Below are positions 61,371 through 64,000 of a DNA stretch of 64,000 nt, piece by piece (position 1 is the first letter of the stretch; every line of letters starts with the position of its first letter). Under the pieces are notes generated by a model. It was given only the letters and a program-made list of their open reading frames with translations, had not been told where the DNA came from and searched no databases. A program made the position numbers and the translations under genes. Origin of the DNA: Candidatus Saccharimonadota bacterium (GTDB taxonomy: Bacteria; Patescibacteriota; Saccharimonadia; Saccharimonadales; Saccharimonadaceae); assembly GCA_030645815.1 (NCBI GenBank), contig JAUSMW010000149.1, forward strand, positions 22,510 through 86,509, in the 5' to 3' direction.

Positions 61371-63998
61371 TTACGGTCCTACAGTAACAGTGATTTTTGG
61401 ATTTGTATTGGTGTAGAAAGCCGAGTCAGTAGCTGTGACACTCACTTCGTAAACACCAGGTCCGGCGACGGTTAGGTCATAACCACCAGCCGCTGAACCG
61501 GATGTTGTTGGTCCGTTAGTAACGGTTATCGACACGCTCTGTATAGGATGCTTGCCCGGAGCAACTTCGACATGAATTTTGTTAGTGCCTTGTCCTGTTG
61601 CTACGACTGTGGGCTGAGCATCACCACAAATATGTACGTCATCATCGGCACTAGCATCGTAACCACCTTCTGCCATCACGGCATTTTTCTTTGTGACGGG
61701 GTCTAGCATAGTTGTAACATTAATATTCACCTTTGCACCTTCTGGTGTACAGCTCGTAGCTTTTTTCTTTGATACTTTATCAAATGCTAATTGCGAGCTG
61801 GTGGAAGCTTGTTTTTGGTTGTACCATGACGGGTAGAATTCGCCCTTGATGTTCTGTATACCAGCGGGCTGTGTGAACCAATCACCACTTTTCCATGTAC
61901 CATCTTTGGCAAATATTTCGGTGTGAATCGGGCCCATAATCCTGTTAACAGTAGGCCCGACGATACTGGATAGTGCGTTACTCATAGGGCGTGTATCGTG
62001 GTTACCGACCCAAATACTCATACTGACTTTCGGACTAACACTGTTCATCCAAAGGTCCTTTGATTTAGTACCCAGGTTTGATGTACCAGTCTTTGTAAAG
62101 GTTTTTACACCCGGTACGTTCAATCCACTGGCGCCACGACCAAAGCTTGGTGCTCTAGCATTGTCGTCACTCAAAATACTTTGTAGTAGGAAAGGTACCT
62201 GAGCATCGATAACGCGCTTGCTGTTCTCTTTCCATTTTTTGACCACATCGCCTTGTGCGTTCTTTACCTCTAAAACTGTTGCAGGTGGTATATATATGCC
62301 GCCTCGAGCTAATGTAGCAAACGTATCGGCATGTTCGATTTGTTTCAATCCACAACCACCAATAGCCGAAGCCAATCCAACCTGTTTGTCTACACCGTCC
62401 ATACAGTAGCTTTTGTCACCCATGTCACGTATTGTTTTCAACGTCTCATCACGACCTGTTATATACATGGCTTTTACGGCTGGAATGTTTCGTGATTGGG
62501 CCAGAGCGCTTCTAATTGTCATATTTCCCATATATTTGTGGTCAAAGTTCTCTAACTTCGCGCCATAAATTTGGTCGATTGGCTCATCCTTTAGGATAGA
62601 ACCGGTGCCGTAGTTTTGTTGGCCATTTGGCTTTTGCTTGAATAGGGCCGAGTATACAAAAGGCTTGATAGATGAACCTGGCTGTATGTATGAAATAGAT
62701 GCATTGTCTTGTCCGTAACCAGGGTGATTATAATCACGACTACCTTGCATAGCTAGTACCTGTCCGGTCTTGTTGTCGATTATTACAACCGAACCATTAT
62801 CAAAGTTCGCCGAACGGGGCAGTGATGAACTAAAGAGTGTCTTCATTGCGCCCTCAACCTTTTCCTGAACCCTATAGTCAAGAGTTGTTTTAACAGTTAG
62901 ACCACCTTTACCAACCGTGGCTTTACCCAGCTCCTTCTCTAGTTGTGAGCGAACGTACTGTATAAAATGCGGTGCACGCAGGTTTGCATATTGATCTGTC
63001 TCTGGCTTTATCTCATCTAGCACTGCCACCTTTTTCGCATCGCTAGCTTGTTTCTCTGTGATGTAGCCTTGTTCTGCCATGTTGTCTAGTACGAGCTTTT
63101 GTCGTTTTAGCAGGGATTCATGACCAGCGACGTTATATGGGTCATATAGCCCGGGCTGTTGCGGTATAGAAGCTAGTAGTGCTGCCTCCGGTAGGGTCAA
63201 ATCTTTTGCTGATTTTGCAAAGTACGTTTGAGATGCTGACTCGACACCATTACGCCTACCACCATATGGTGACTCATTTAGATATAGATTGATAATCTGA
63301 TCTTTGTTGTACATACGTTCAACTTCAACCGCCAGGATTGCCTCTTTGAATTTCCTCGGTATACCAGCAACACCACGCTGCTGAGCCTCATCGGCAAAGA
63401 ATACTTGTTTAACTAGTTGCTGAGTCAGTGTTGACCCACCCTGGGTACTACCGCCAGAAAAGTTATTATAGGTTGCCCTAGCGATACCACTAAAGCTCAC
63501 TCCGCCGTGTTTATAAAAGTCCTTGTCCTCGATAGCAATCGTTGCCTCTCTCATATACGGAGAAATGTCTTTGGAAGGCACAACTAATCTGTAGTTACCA
63601 GCTCCTTTATCTTCCCACAACAATACATTGTTGCGGTCATAGTATTTTGTGACAGTTGTAGAAACGCGCTTTGATAGCTCAGACGGACGAATAGCATCTA
63701 GTTCTTTTCGATAATAGGCAAAAACAGCACCAGTAGCTAGTACTCCAAACAATATTGCGACACCCAATATCTTGAGGCCCATCATAACGCCTTCGCGACT
63801 GGTCCAATATTTCGCAACTCTCTTTGGATGCATACGGTGCGCAGTCCTAGCTATAGGATTTTTTGGCAAACTAGCCAAGTACTCTGCTTTTTTGCGCGAC
63901 CGAGCATCATTTTTGGCTTTACGCTTTGATGACAAGTTAGAGTAGACGCTTAGTTTTTTACCAGCACTGGCAAGTCTAGAACTCCGTTTTCGAATCAC
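61371..63998 (-). CDS. Class A penicillin-binding protein (PBP1A-type) with a C-terminal Ig-like extension; 5' end at the window edge
   Basis: GT51 motifs AIEDKDFYKHGG and GGSTLTQQL. Transpeptidase motifs GSSIKPF (SxxK) and KTGTS. About 140 aa of extra C-terminal beta-rich sequence. The GTG at 63998 may not be the true start because the frame reaches the window end. Confidence 0.9.
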   Translation of the reverse strand: MIRKRSSRLASAGKKLSVYSNLSSKRKAKNDARSRKKAEYLASLPKNPIARTAHRMHPKRVAKYWTSREGVMMGLKILGVAILFGVLATGAVFAYYRKELDAIRPSELSKRVSTTVTKYYDRNNVLLWEDKGAGNYRLVVPSKDISPYMREATIAIEDKDFYKHGGVSFSGIARATYNNFSGGSTQGGSTLTQQLVKQVFFADEAQQRGVAGIPRKFKEAILAVEVERMYNKDQIINLYLNESPYGGRRNGVESASQTYFAKSAKDLTLPEAALLASIPQQPGLYDPYNVAGHESLLKRQKLVLDNMAEQGYITEKQASDAKKVAVLDEIKPETDQYANLRAPHFIQYVRSQLEKELGKATVGKGGLTVKTTLDYRVQEKVEGAMKTLFSSSLPRSANFDNGSVVIIDNKTGQVLAMQGSRDYNHPGYGQDNASISYIQPGSSIKPFVYSALFKQKPNGQQNYGTGSILKDEPIDQIYGAKLENFDHKYMGNMTIRSALAQSRNIPAVKAMYITGRDETLKTIRDMGDKSYCMDGVDKQVGLASAIGGCGLKQIEHADTFATLARGGIYIPPATVLEVKNAQGDVVKKWKENSKRVIDAQVPFLLQSILSDDNARAPSFGRGASGLNVPGVKTFTKTGTSNLGTKSKDLWMNSVSPKVSMSIWVGNHDTRPMSNALSSIVGPTVNRIMGPIHTEIFAKDGTWKSGDWFTQPAGIQNIKGEFYPSWYNQKQASTSSQLAFDKVSKKKATSCTPEGAKVNINVTTMLDPVTKKNAVMAEGGYDASADDDVHICGDAQPTVVATGQGTNKIHVEVAPGKHPIQSVSITVTNGPTTSGSAAGGYDLTVAGPGVYEVSVTATDSAFYTNTNPKITVTVGP

Positions 63999-64000
63999 TT

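Overview
A 64-kb, densely packed stretch of bacterial chromosome with about 60 protein genes and one tRNA. I saw no rRNA, CRISPR array, transposase, integrase or phage genes. Hand-sampled 60-nt stretches of ordinary genes give about 40-45% G+C.

Most content is housekeeping:
- pheS-(Nudix)-pheT, grx-trxB, ppa and a short rel.
- A sugar-phosphate block: gap-rpiB-rpe-like-split transketolase-fba-pfkB.
- A LOG-family fusion protein and uvrB.
- gatC-gatA-(small TM protein)-gatB, a ytxG/ytxH-like trio and dnaE.
- A pilB-type ATPase, malic enzyme and rplS.
- An rnhB::yraN fusion, a Y-family polymerase with a small upstream partner, and an M13 peptidase.
- nusA, clpC-(HExxH protein)-radA-PIN/TRAM, and a class A PBP.

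The Firmicute-like synteny, split transketolase, many small membrane orphans and scattered type IV pilus parts fit a reduced Patescibacteria/CPR genome, possibly Saccharibacteria. That placement is inference only.

The items most worth a second look:
1. Two tandem seven-bladed RCC1-repeat proteins. The second has a PilX/minor-pilin-like N-terminus and lies next to the pilB-type ATPase.
2. A high-G+C minus-strand cassette between rplS and rnhB. It holds two micro-ORFs (37-aa Gly-rich and 56-aa) that fall below the ORF-track cutoff, each with its own SD and terminator.
3. A wider pattern of short G+C-rich minus-strand orphan genes inserted between housekeeping operons.
4. A TM-anchored protein with an RNxxxH (HEPN-like) motif, translationally coupled inside gatCAB.
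5. A perfect CIRCE operator overlapping a consensus promoter in front of clpC.
6. A SAM-I riboswitch in front of a lone divergent CysH-like gene.
7. A terminator inside the nusA leader.
8. A recurring -10 box 6-8 nt upstream of start codons that lack an SD, suggesting leaderless mRNAs.

All family calls rest on motifs read by eye; no database search was run.
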